Assembly (NCBI RefSeq): GCF_006345805.1
Contig: NW_021832208.1
Location: 1-31,610 of the forward strand
Direction: 5' to 3'
Length of the DNA stretch: 31,610 bases
Origin: Octopus sinensis
Lineage: Eukaryota
The notes under the pieces were generated by a model. It saw nothing but the letters and a program-made list of their open reading frames with translations, ran no database searches and was not told where the DNA came from. The stretch's first letter is position 1. Every line of letters starts with the position of its first letter. This document shows, piece by piece, positions 1 through 10,869 of the stretch. The translations under genes were made by a program, and so were the position numbers.

Positions 1-264
1 ATAGTTTTATAATACACGTATATATTATTATTGTTAGAACTCGAAACATACATGCGGATATTATTTGCATATTCACAAAATCTTCCGAGATTATCTCCAC
101 TTCCAATGGACCTAGTATAAGAGGACCTATATAAATGGCTTTAGGATTTACAAGTTCCCTTCAGCTAACTCTCTATATATCAGCTTTCAATACAGAAAAT
201 ATCAAAGGAATGTTTCTAGTGATAATCAAATCAGAGGGAATCAATGCATACATTATATGCCTAT

Positions 265-447
265 AACATAAATGCATATGCATATATATATAATACATAC
301 AGTGCATATATTATATTATATTATATATATATTATTATATATATATATAATATATACCCATACATACATACATACATACAATATTATATATGTATGTATA
401 TGTACATATATATATACAAACATTCATATATATATAATGTTGTGTGT

Positions 448-510
<63 letters not shown>

Positions 511-665
511 AAATAAAAAAAGTAAGAGTGACCAAAGAATCCTTATATTGTCAACCTCTAGAATTCTGAGAAGTAGAAAAAAATGATGGATATAAAAACG
601 GAGGATTGTGAAGGTGGTTGTGTGACAGATGAAGGAGAAGTGTGTTGTGTACATGTGAGTATGTA

Positions 666-727
<62 letters not shown>

Positions 728-790
728 ATTATGTATGTATTGTGTGTATGTATTTTGTTATGTATGTATGCATATGTATGTTTGTATGCA
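265..790. repeat. (TA)n / (TATG)n microsatellite blocks flanking a short unique island at ~508-660
   Basis: Long pure TA runs at ~461-507 and ~672-717, with degenerate TA/TACA elsewhere. Confidence 0.95.
583..654 (+). CDS. Candidate short coding exon (MMDIKTEDCEGGCVTDEGEVCCVH)
   Basis: ATG at 583, 24 codons, then consensus donor CAT|GTGAGT at 655; possible acceptor ctctag at 556-561; no recognised homology. Confidence 0.25.
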
Positions 791-1134
791 GGCATCTATA
801 TATCATTCAAAGAACTCGGAGAGAAGAAAGAGACAGGTGGTGGGAAGGAGGAGCGCGGGGATTTCGCTTCTTCTCAGATCATCTGTCAGAACGTAAACTG
901 CCATGTGGAATAGGAAAAGTTCGTTGCATTTAACACGTACAACAAAACGTTCGCTACACGTCTCCAGGAAATGGAAGCATAGCACTGTCTTCCATTCAGA
1001 GCGGTGAACACCTTTGAAAGCAGCATACAACTGGCTCCACTGATTCAAACTATGGGAGAGCATATATGATACAGAATAATCAATGTAATTAAAAACAACA
1101 GCAACAAAACCAGCGATATTATGCTTCCATGATA

Positions 1135-1268
1135 ATATATAGATACATAGATAATACATAAATATATATATGTATATATATAATGTATATATATATATAT
1201 ATATATACTATATATATATATATACATTTTATATATATACAATATATAGTATATATTATATACATAAT

Positions 1269-1299
<31 letters not shown>

Positions 1300-1400
1300 G
1301 TTATTTAATGGCAAACATTATAATACATCCACATTATTTTTTTTATATATACATTATATTCAGATATGAGCACACATACGTATATGTAGCATGATATATA

Positions 1401-1443
<43 letters not shown>

Positions 1444-1713
1444 GAATGTATGTATGTTTGTAATTGTATGATATAGATAGATTAGATGTATTTAACAATA
1501 TATATATACATACATATATATATAGATAGATACACATAAATGTGTGTATATTATATATATATATATATATAATATTTTGGTTAAAATAAATATATCTATA
1601 TATAACATATATATATAATATAAATACATAATATATGGTGTATATATATATAATATCTATATATATATATATATTATATATATATATATATATTAATATA
1701 TATATATATATCA

Positions 1714-1789
<76 letters not shown>

Positions 1790-1790
1790 C
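1135..1790. repeat. Degenerate (TA)n microsatellite region
   Basis: Directly visible. Confidence 0.95.
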
Positions 1791-2197
1791 GAGGCATATT
1801 CAGGCTTCACTCGCGACGAACGAACTAGTATGGTTACCAATATATATACAGCGCTGGCTTCACCAGCAACTGTCCCGTACTCTCGTAACCAATACAACTA
1901 CGGTTGACTAGACCTACCAGAAATGAAGCGATTTGCTTAAGGTCACGCTGGCATCCGTTCGCTACCATAATCGAAATCACCTAAACAGTGATCCGTTCTC
2001 TACCATATTTGAAACCTCGAAGAAATAAACACACACACACATACAACTACATGCAAGCATGTCAAACTTGTAGGTCACTTACTGAGCCGAGCTTTTTGCT
2101 ATTCCTTTACGCGCCTGTGATGTTATGGCCAGACATACGCCCCGTGTCGGCTATTCCACCATTGATCCAGCGGAACATTACAATATTTAGTTACTAT

Positions 2198-2621
2198 AGG
2201 CGCAGGAGTGGCTGTGTGATAAGTAGCTTGCTTGCCAACCACATGGTTCTGGGTTCAGTCGCACTGCATAGCACCTTAGACAAGTGTCTTCTACTATAGC
2301 CTTGGTTCGACCAAAGCGTTGTGAGTGGACTAGGTAGACGGAAACTGAAAGAAGCCCGTGGTATATATGTATATATATAGATATATATACATAGGTATGC
2401 GTGTGTATGTTGTGTATCTGTGTCTGTCCCCCCAACATCGCTTGACAACCGATGCTGGTGTGTTTACGTACCCGTAACTTAGCGCTTCGGCAATAGAGAC
2501 CGATAGAATAAGTACTACGCTTACAAAGAATAAGTCAAGGGGTCGATTCGATTCGACTAAAGGTGATGCCCCAGCATGGTCGCAGTCAAATGACTGAAAC
2601 AAGTAAAAGAGTAAAAGAGTA
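2198..2621 (+). mobile_element. tRNA-derived SINE, family A (full length, ~420 bp; octopus OK/OR-type)
   Basis: A-box-like TGGCTGTGTGA, B-box-like GGTTCAGTC, CORE-like gcaccttagacaagtgtctt, internal TA/TG microsatellite, 3' end gactgaaacaagtaaaagagtaaaagag; collinear with copies at 12914, 19368, 21019 and 26549. Confidence 0.92.
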
Positions 2622-2882
2622 GTCAAGATCCTAAATTAGTTTGTAAAAGGTGAGAAATGTGCGTAAACTAACAGTTTTATCGTATAATACCTCAGAAACA
2701 CATCTTCAGATTTTATTAACCAATCAGCGGACGAATTCGGTGTTGCCTGTGTACCGAATAACTAACATGTCAAAACAGTTTTTGTTTTGTTTTTTTTTTA
2801 ATTTTGTTTAAATGGACATCTTTAATTATACCAAGGTTTTATGTATTTCGTTCTGAATGTAATTATGAAAGGCTTCTGTTAC

Positions 2883-3150
2883 AGGCTCAGGGTGTTTGGT
2901 TAAGAGCTCGTTTTAAAATCATGGGTTTCATTGACCAAAGCCTTTCTCATATAAGACCGGGCCAACAATATTCTAAGAACAAATTTAGCTGATTGAATCT
3001 GTGTAGAAACTCGTTGTATGTGTGTGTGTGTATATGTATGTGCGCGTCGCTTGTGCGTGTGTGTGTCTATGTATGCTTTTCACCACCAATATCACCCTCG
3101 TTCGATGACGAGTTTTGGTTTCTTTACGTGCTCAGAACTTCGACAAAAGG
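2883..3150 (+). mobile_element. Highly decayed family A SINE, host of the family B insertion
   Basis: ggctcagggtgtttggttaagagctcg head, ccgggccaacaa, TG tract, then tttacgtgctcagaacttcgacaaaag, in the same order as family A. Confidence 0.55.
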
Positions 3151-3166
3151 AAACAAGACGTGCGAG

Positions 3167-3568
3167 CTGGCAGAATCGTTAGCATGCCGGGCGAAATACT
3201 TAGCGTTATTTCGTCTGTCTTTACGTTCTGAGTTCAAATTCCGCCGAGGTCGACTTAGCCTTTCATCCTTTCGGGGTCGATAAATTAAATACCAGTTACG
3301 CACTGGGGTCGATATAGTCGACTTAATCCGTTTGTCTGTCCTTGTTTGTCCTCTCTGTGCTTAACCCCTTGTGGTTGGTAATGAAATAGGTATTTCGTTT
3401 GTCTTTATATTCTGAGTTCAAATTCCGCCAAGGTCGACTTAGCCTTTCATCGTTTCGGGGTCGATAATTTTAGTACCAGTTACGCACTGGGGTCGATATA
3501 ATCGACTTAATCCCTTTGTCTGTCCTTGTTTGTCCCCTCTCTGTTTAGCCCCTCGTGGGCAATAAATA
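3167..3568 (+). mobile_element. tRNA-derived SINE, family B, dimeric (two 184-bp units), with 22-bp TSD
   Basis: Head (gcgag)ctggcagaatcgttagc, B-box GAGTTCAAATTCC, central gcctttcatcctttcggggtcgataaa; unit repeats at 3205 and 3389; perfect direct repeat AAAAGGAAACAAGACGTGCGAG at 3145-3166 and 3569-3590. Confidence 0.93.
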
Positions 3569-3826
3569 AAAAGGAAACAAGACGTGCGAGAGGAGAGAGA
3601 GAGAGAGAGAGAGAGAGAAAAGAACGACTGAAGCAAAAATAGATTTTTACGTGACAAACTGACATCGATATTTTACCTTACACTAACACTTGTACTCAAC
3701 TACCTCCATAGTACAACTTTCACTTTTTCTACACTTCTTTTCTGGACTAATTCTTGTTTCCCCTCAAGGAAGTTTAGGATGCAAGGTGCTTTTTTTTTGT
3801 TCATGCATTATTCTCTACTGTATCAG

Positions 3827-3908
3827 ATTCCCTACGCTGCTATTATTCGTGGGGACGAGAAATGGCGGTGTTGGTTCGAGATAAACAGACAAACTTCAAC
3901 GCTTATAG
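3827..3908 (+). CDS. Candidate internal exon (82 nt)
   Basis: Acceptor ttctctactgtatcag|, donor AG|GTATGC; two frames open (IPYAAIIRGDEKWRCWFEINRQTSTLI or SLRCYYSWGREMAVLVRDKQTNFNAYR); no homology recognised. Confidence 0.3.
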
Positions 3909-4659
3909 GTATGCATATAGATTCTTCCGTCATCTCTTAATATCCTTTTCAGCAGTTTGTATTATGTTATTGTTTGATTTTCCTTCTATTCACCATTGTA
4001 AAACATCATATCTCGACTAACCCACACAATTCAAGTGCAACTTTTAAGGCTGCTGCGGTATATTATAACCTCTTCGCTCCAGTTTGTTCCATTTTTCTAA
4101 AAACATCTTTTGTAGGAAAAAGGAATTTTTTTCGTTTTTTTTTTTTGTACTTTATGCAGCAGTGCCAAATCTTCTACGTTACATCTACAAACTTGTTCTT
4201 ATAATTCAATATAGAGGTTTCTTTTTTAGACAAGAGTCTTTTAGATTAGTGTTACGTTCTGAAACATTGAATCCAAGTTTGCTTATTTCCACTTTGTTGT
4301 CTTTTTACTCCCTTCTCTAGCATCTCCTTTGATTATTCTTCAGATATTTCGTAGCACTTGAAAGTGGTCTCAATCATATCTCCTTTGCTTAAGTGCTCCA
4401 TGACAATTTATGCCTAAGTGCTACATGGCTGTATGTTCTTCAAGTTAGACTATTTCCATCTGCACTCACATTTATTGGAATATTTCCAAATTCCAAATTT
4501 TCAGGTTTACTAAGCCGGAAGTCTGACCAAGAAAGTAGTACGCTCTCTATATCTTCCCACTCTCTTTCCTCTATCTATCTATCTATCTATCTATCGTTCT
4601 TTCTCTCGCTCTTTCTCTTGAACCGGTCGCATTCATTCTGTGTGGTTCACCTGCTGCGC

Positions 4660-4664
<5 letters not shown>

Positions 4665-4691
<27 letters not shown>

Positions 4692-4705
4692 CTATATATG
4701 TTGTG

Positions 4706-4743
<38 letters not shown>

Positions 4744-4791
4744 TATATGTGGTGGTGTGTATAGTTGATATATATATATTAATATATATAT

Positions 4792-4855
<64 letters not shown>

Positions 4856-4873
4856 AACATATATATATTATAT

Positions 4874-4907
<34 letters not shown>

Positions 4908-4917
4908 ATATATATAT
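4665..4917. repeat. (TA)n microsatellite
   Basis: Directly visible. Confidence 0.95.
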
Positions 4918-5163
4918 GAATATTATCATGTGTATACACAAACACACACATATATATATGCAAGTACATACGAATACTTATCAATATTCCTTGTAGAAAA
5001 TTATTAACAAATAAAATTATAATCAATTACCTTTAGACATTTTTTGTTGATTTTGCCCAAAGAGTATATGCAAAACTTCTTGAAACAGTTCTTCGTATGT
5101 ATTTAAATAGTTTGGCTTCCAGACTCTTTGTGGTTATTCGAGCAACGGAGACACCTCTGATGC

Positions 5164-5205
5164 GACCAATAAGGGTTGAAAATCAACCAATCAGATTTGA
5201 AAATC
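5164..5205 (+). promoter_or_regulatory. 21-bp tandem repeat with two CCAAT boxes, each followed by TTGAAA
   Basis: gaccaataagggttgaaaatc / aaccaatcagatttgaaaatc; CCAAT at 5166 and 5187. Confidence 0.3.
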
Positions 5206-5542
5206 GATTAAGACCGGTCCTTACTTCTTTTAGTGCTCGGAGAAATAAACAAATATATGTTCATGAGTCTACTACGTAGGTCTCCTTAGTACTGATGTTA
5301 CTCCAGGAAGTAAAATGAAATTTATGACATTATTCCCTTTCTGTTCATTTTAGTTCCAATGTGGATTTTTTTTACTATACCTTTAAATTCTCTGCAATGC
5401 GGCTAACAAAACCTCATCTTATTTAGACGCGATTTGAAACCGATAATGTTTATGCCAACTGCAAGAATCATTCGCCAAGTGTATTAGCAGTGTGACTGAA
5501 GAGAACGAGAACGGACCTTAACAAAGGATAATGAGTAATGTC

Positions 5543-5781
5543 CCCTTCCTGAGTCATAGATTCATAGGACCGGTTTCTCGGTTGCTATGGTGCATTTATT
5601 CCCTACCTAGACATGGCACCGGTCTCCCGTAGGATTATTCATTTTTCCAGATGAGTGGATTGGAGCAAAGTTGAAATGAAGCGTTTTGCTCAAGAACTCA
5701 ACGCATCACCCGGTTCAGGAATCGAAACTGCAATCTTTCGATCATGAGTTCAACTTCATGACCACTAAGCCACGTGCCTTC
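5543..5781 (-). mobile_element. tRNA-CORE-(Nin/Deu-like) SINE, family C
   Basis: Reverse complement reads gaaggcacgtggcttagtgg...gtttcgattcc...ttcttgagcaaaacgcttcatttca...gcaaccgagaaaccggtcc; collinear with the + copy at 24979-25225. Confidence 0.85.
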
Positions 5782-5949
5782 TCAACGGATCTTAACCGGA
5801 AACTGAAAATATGCCATTGTTAATTATTTATTTCCTTATATAAATTAAAAAACAGCTGAAATATATTTGAGCCATATGTTTGAAGCTGTCTCGTGTCATG
5901 GGACAGTTTATTTGGCTTTTATTGCTTATAAGTGTCCGAGATCATAACA

Positions 5950-6124
5950 CTCCGTTGGAACGAGACGCCAGATGATGGTTACTCTTTTATATCTAAAAAG
6001 TTTGGGGCAACGTGGAATGAAATGTCTTGCTCAAGAACATAACGTACCGCCCGATACAGGAATCGAAACCACAATCATGCGACCATGATTGAAATACCCT
6101 AACCCTCAAGCCACACGCCTTCAC
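5950..6124 (-). mobile_element. Family C SINE, 5' part
   Basis: Reverse complement gaaggcgtgtggcttgagggttagg...ggtttcgattcc...gttcttgagcaagacatttcattcc. Confidence 0.75.
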
Positions 6125-6801
6125 AGAGTTCACAACGATGCAATCTTAAATCAGCGATTAATTGAATACCGCAAAACATTTTGTCCGACGCACAAACGCT
6201 TTTGCTGACAAAGAAAGAACAGGTCTTCATTTGCTTTATCATGAAACCTAATTAATTGGCAAGTGTGAAAAATCATTAATCGTTGAACTAAATATAGTCT
6301 GGTTTTTAGTTTCGACACTCGAGGTCCTGAATTCAAAATACGGCCAGGCTGATTTTTGTCTCCCATCATTATCATTTTATTTTATATATTTATTTATCCA
6401 TTTAATCATGTATTTATTTATTCAAGAATTCATGAAATCGGTAACAGCAATCCTTTCGAAAATACAATTCCCCGGTAAAAAAAAAAAATTCTTATTTTAT
6501 CTATTTAAATAAAATAATCAATATTTGTTAATTTGAATTTCTTATTTAGTGAATGGTATTAATTATATAGTGAACTGGCATTTATTTGAACATTTGTTAA
6601 ATGACTGCAAAAAAAAAAAAACAGAAACAAACAAGAAAAAATATATCAATGAATAAATAAATGAATAAATAAATGAAACATTAAAAAAATACGGAGAAGA
6701 TTGAAAGATTAAAACGAAAGAAAAAAATATTTGAGAATATGAATGAAAGTAAAGCCATTGAAAGTTTGACCAAGTAATGTTTTTTAAGAGAAAACTACAT
6801 A

Positions 6802-6812
6802 TAATAATAATG

Positions 6813-6860
<48 letters not shown>

Positions 6861-6893
6861 TAATAATAATAATAATAATGATAATAATAATAA
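6802..6893. repeat. (AAT)n microsatellite
   Basis: Directly visible. Confidence 0.95.
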
Positions 6894-7104
6894 TCAACGT
6901 CAGTAAATCTTTCGCTAGCGTGATGGCGAAAGATTAATGATTTGAAGTTTATTTTCATTCATCGGATAACGATCAATCGTTATCTAATAAATCACAAACA
7001 TATAACTACATATAGCGGGAGGTGAGGAAAGAAGATTTTCGATTTAAGCTATTTGAGAAATATTTGAAGCAATCTAAATAAAAACATATATAGTTTATAA
7101 TGTA

Positions 7105-7150
<46 letters not shown>

Positions 7151-7278
7151 TATATATAAGTCAAACTACTGCAGCATCTATAAAATAATTGGAAGCATAA
7201 AAACAAGTTATATCTTTTAAGCTTAAATATTCTTCTCGGTATACTCCAATATTATATTTTTCTTTAGCACAGAAATAA

Positions 7279-7414
7279 TTAATTGGAACTCTCTAAGTCA
7301 TTTCTTCGATGTTCTTCGAGTTTTTGTTGTGATTCTTGTTGTTGTTGCTGTTGATTTTTGTCTTTATTGCTCCAAATATAACGAAAATTGCAATTTAGGA
7401 GAATTTTCCGTAAC
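7279..7414 (-). CDS. Candidate terminal coding exon (xLRKILLNCNFRYIWSNKDKNQQQQQQESQQKLEEHRRNDLESSN*)
   Basis: Minus-strand acceptor tctcttataattttag|, phase 2, 44 codons to TAA; polyQ encoded by mixed CAA/CAG. Confidence 0.3.
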
Positions 7415-8865
7415 CTAAAATTATAAGAGACGTAGTAAGATTTTACTGTTCTCTATGTTTAAAATCAATTTCCACACTTCGTCGTAGAGTGATTTTAGTA
7501 TGTATAACGGTTATAGATTGGTTTTATTTTGTTACAAGGCGACGTAAATGAATTTTTAAGCTCGTTTATAAGATTCCTCGCGGACACGAATGTGACGTTA
7601 TATTATTTTTTTCTTCATCTATACATCTTTCCCAATAGTGCTCTATATAAAATACAGTTACGCTTCTGGTCCTACAAACCCTTCTTAATACGCTAAACTT
7701 ATTTCGTAGTTTATTATAAATCCACCACCTATAGAAGCTTTTCTAAACGGTTTAACGACTCAGAATGAAATTATGACATTAGCCATTTACTTCGGCTTTT
7801 CAGTGGTAATTTGATTGTAAATTCATTCCAGGATGTCTTTAGGCAGTTATCAAATATTCGTAGATAATCAAAACGTATATAAGCATAGTCACTGAAATAA
7901 TATAGTCTATTGGTTGTTTCCATCAGTATGACTCAGGAATGAAGCGCAAATAGAGAAGATGTGTGCATGTATATCTAAGATTAACTCGAAACGTTACGCT
8001 TCGGAAACTGGGAAATTTCGTGTGAAAGGAATTATGCTTCATTTGTTGTTAGTTCATAAATCTATCGACCAGATAATCCTTCTACGTAATTATAATTATA
8101 TTTCTGATCCGCCATTCCTCAAACAAACTGTTTCTGCTAGCAACTCTACAATCCATATTCTTGTTCACATATTCTTCCGAATTCTTCTACTCCGTCCTCA
8201 AGTCAAGTTCTCGTTGGTAATATGTGTAGAATTTCGTGACCGAAGGAAAGATATCTTAAGGTGGGAAGCGATCTACATACCATATGCATGAAGAGTAGAG
8301 TCCCATTAAAGATAATAATATGAACCATAACAAAAAAAAAAAGAGAGAAATTAAAACACAAACTAATATTAGTTTTACTTTGATTCCAAACAATTCCTCT
8401 TGTTACTCTCATCAGCGTTCGAAATAACACAAACCAGTTAATCACTGGTTGGAAACTAATAACCAACAACGTTATTGTCTACCAGTTGTCATAGAAAATG
8501 AGTAAAATAAATAGAAACGATATATTTATAGAGAAGAATGAATATAGAGAATTATGGGAAATCAGACTAGTTAGTAACAATCGATGGTTTGATTGTGATT
8601 GAATATCATCATTTCAGTTATTTTGTTGTGAAGATGAAGTCAGATGAACTAAGATATTACATATGAGAGATGTTAGAACTGCTAGACATCCGTTACAATG
8701 TAATATATACGCGAAACTATTATTTATCTACAATATCATTTGGTGAAGCCATAATGATATCTTTGCTAATTGTATATATATATAATATTGCTATTCAACA
8801 CGATTGTTCGCTTTTATATAAAATACCAAACGTTTTGTATATAGGGCTTCGTACTAGATATATTA

Positions 8866-9015
8866 AAGGCGGCGAATTGGCAGAATCGTTAGCACGACGA
8901 AAAAAATGCTTAGGCTTCTGGTTTTCAAATCCTGCCGAGGTCAACTTTGCCTTTCATCCCTTCGGGGTCCGTAAAAAAAATAACAGTCAAGTAACGGGTT
9001 CGATGAAGTCGATTT
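8866..9015 (+). mobile_element. Decayed monomeric family B SINE
   Basis: aaggcggcgaattggcagaatcgttagc...gaggtcaactttgcctttcatcccttcggggtc. Confidence 0.8.
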
Positions 9016-9336
9016 GTCCTGTCCTGTTGGTGGTGGTGGTGGTGGTGTTGGTGGTGGTGGTTGCAATTTCTTGAATCAGCACAGATTTAGCAGACCTATA
9101 ATGAAAAAATTTACTTGCAGCAGTGATCGGCCTATCTTACTTCCTGACATAGTGTATCTAGGAATATATCACCCAAGATATATTGCAAGAGAGTAGCTGA
9201 ATGGTAGCTCCTCAAGTCTGTGACCCCTCATAATTCTGGTTTTGCTGCATCTAATGCAAATACAATGAAGAAATGCTACTAATTTCATGACATTCACACA
9301 CAAGCACAGACAGACTCGCATATGATATAATATAAA

Positions 9337-9348
9337 TAGATAGATAGT

Positions 9349-9417
<69 letters not shown>

Positions 9418-9426
9418 GGATGGATG

Positions 9427-9477
<51 letters not shown>
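9337..9477. repeat. (GATA)n microsatellite
   Basis: Directly visible. Confidence 0.97.
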
Positions 9478-9478
<1 letters not shown>

Positions 9479-9859
9479 TGTTTCTTTATTAGCCACACAG
9501 GGCTGCACACAGATAGAACAAATTACAAGGTAGAGCTTTTCTTTTGAAGGTAGAGCTTTTTTTTGAAAAAAAAAAAAAAAAAAAAAGGAAGGGGGAGGTT
9601 CGATCAAAAGGGATCGTAAAAGGAGAGAAAGAGGACAAAAATAAGGGGGGTTAAAAAAAAAAAAAAAAAAAAGGGGGGGGAGAGGAAAAAAAAAAATGAT
9701 CAATAGGGATCGTTATCACAGAAATGTCAATATGAAGTGTAAAGGGGAGGACAGGTGAGGTTTACCCGTGGAAAGAAAAGCCTGCGGAAAAGACCACGGT
9801 AACCTCGGTCAATGAAGTCACATTTTATATTTCTTTTTTTTTTTTTTTTTTTTTTGCAA
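9478..9859 (-). mobile_element. 3' UTR of a 5'-truncated non-LTR retrotransposon embedded in (GATA)n (clade unassigned; Tx1-like suspected)
   Basis: Minus strand ends ccttgtaatttgttctatctgtgtgcagccctgtgtggctAATAAAgaaacat and abuts (CTAT)n; pyrimidine-rich body; tail resembles the family B SINE tail; no ORF to fix the clade. Confidence 0.6.
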
Positions 9860-9919
<60 letters not shown>

Positions 9920-9930
9920 GTAGATAGATG

Positions 9931-9988
<58 letters not shown>

Positions 9989-10056
9989 CAGCTAGATGAA
10001 TAGATAGACAGATAGGTAGGTAGGAAGGTAGGTAGGTAGGTAGAGATGTAGGTGGG

Positions 10057-10141
<85 letters not shown>
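9860..10141. repeat. (GATA)n/(GGTA)n microsatellite
   Basis: Directly visible. Confidence 0.97.
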
Positions 10142-10250
10142 GACTTCCCACGCTGGAGACAAATTTTACGCTCGGTGATGGAGCGAGAGGAAGAGAAACT
10201 GGACCTTGGCACCAAAAAAAAAAAAAAAAGCGAGCTCGAAGAAAGGAAAA

Positions 10251-10575
10251 GTCATTATTCACTTATATTTGGAGATTTCTTGCCAATAGAGGGAGATCCG
10301 GTTCCTAACCAAGATCCAAGTCTCTTTCATTGGAAATTCAACATCAGAAACGGATATTTTTGTATGCATGTATATGTGCAGATTTAAATGTTTTGTTTTA
10401 TTTGTGTCTTCTCATACATATATTTGCATATTTAGACATGCTCATATATAATTAAGTGATAAACTTTTGGAAAGTTTTACAGATTTTTATAGTTCCAGTG
10501 ATGGCTGGAATCAGCTTTCTCCTCTGAGGTTTTGAGTAGCCTAATTTCTCAAAATTGGTATTTACACAGTGCCTC
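10251..10575 (-). mobile_element. 3' end of an RLE-type LINE (R4/Dong-like): ORF C-terminus plus 3' UTR
   Basis: 10574-10452 translates RHCVNTNFEKLGYSKPQRRKLIPAITGTIKICKTFQKFIT*, resembling the helical C-terminus after the restriction-like endonuclease (..LG..KLI..GT.KI.K.F); about 200 nt of UTR follows. Confidence 0.7.
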
Positions 10576-10850
10576 ATACATACATACATACATACATACA
10601 TACATACATACATACATACTTACATACATACTTACATACATACATACATACATGCATATATTACGTACGTACATGAGTAGCCTAATTTCTCAAAATTGGT
10701 ATTTACACAGTGCCTCATACATACATACATACATACATACATACATACATACATACAACATACATACATACATACATACATACATACGTACATACATACA
10801 TACAAATATATATACTTACATACATACAAACATACATTACGTACGTACAT
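10533..10850. repeat. Tandem duplication of 43 bp of LINE sequence plus a (CATA)n tract
   Basis: TGAGTAGCCTAATTTCTCAAAATTGGTATTTACACAGTGCCTC identical at 10533 and 10674; both units end in ttacgtacgtaca. Confidence 0.92.
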
Positions 10851-10869
10851 GTTTATGTATGTATTTTAA

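Noticed and set aside
2885-2992. Apparent exon AQGVWLRARFKIMG after ctgttacag
   Set aside because: It is the decayed head of a family A SINE
3827-4392. EMAVLVRDK resemblance to dihydropyrimidinase, and YAAIIRGD..FEINRQT resemblance to a cadherin repeat
   Set aside because: Only a few residues match, flanking conserved motifs are absent, and the nearest downstream acceptor (4343) leads to a stop
8432-8450. Hairpin AACCAGT-taatc-ACTGGTT
   Set aside because: 7-bp stem, expected by chance in 31 kb, no context
10533-10850. CRISPR-like repeat-spacer pattern
   Set aside because: Only two units, the spacer is microsatellite, and the context is eukaryotic with no cas genes
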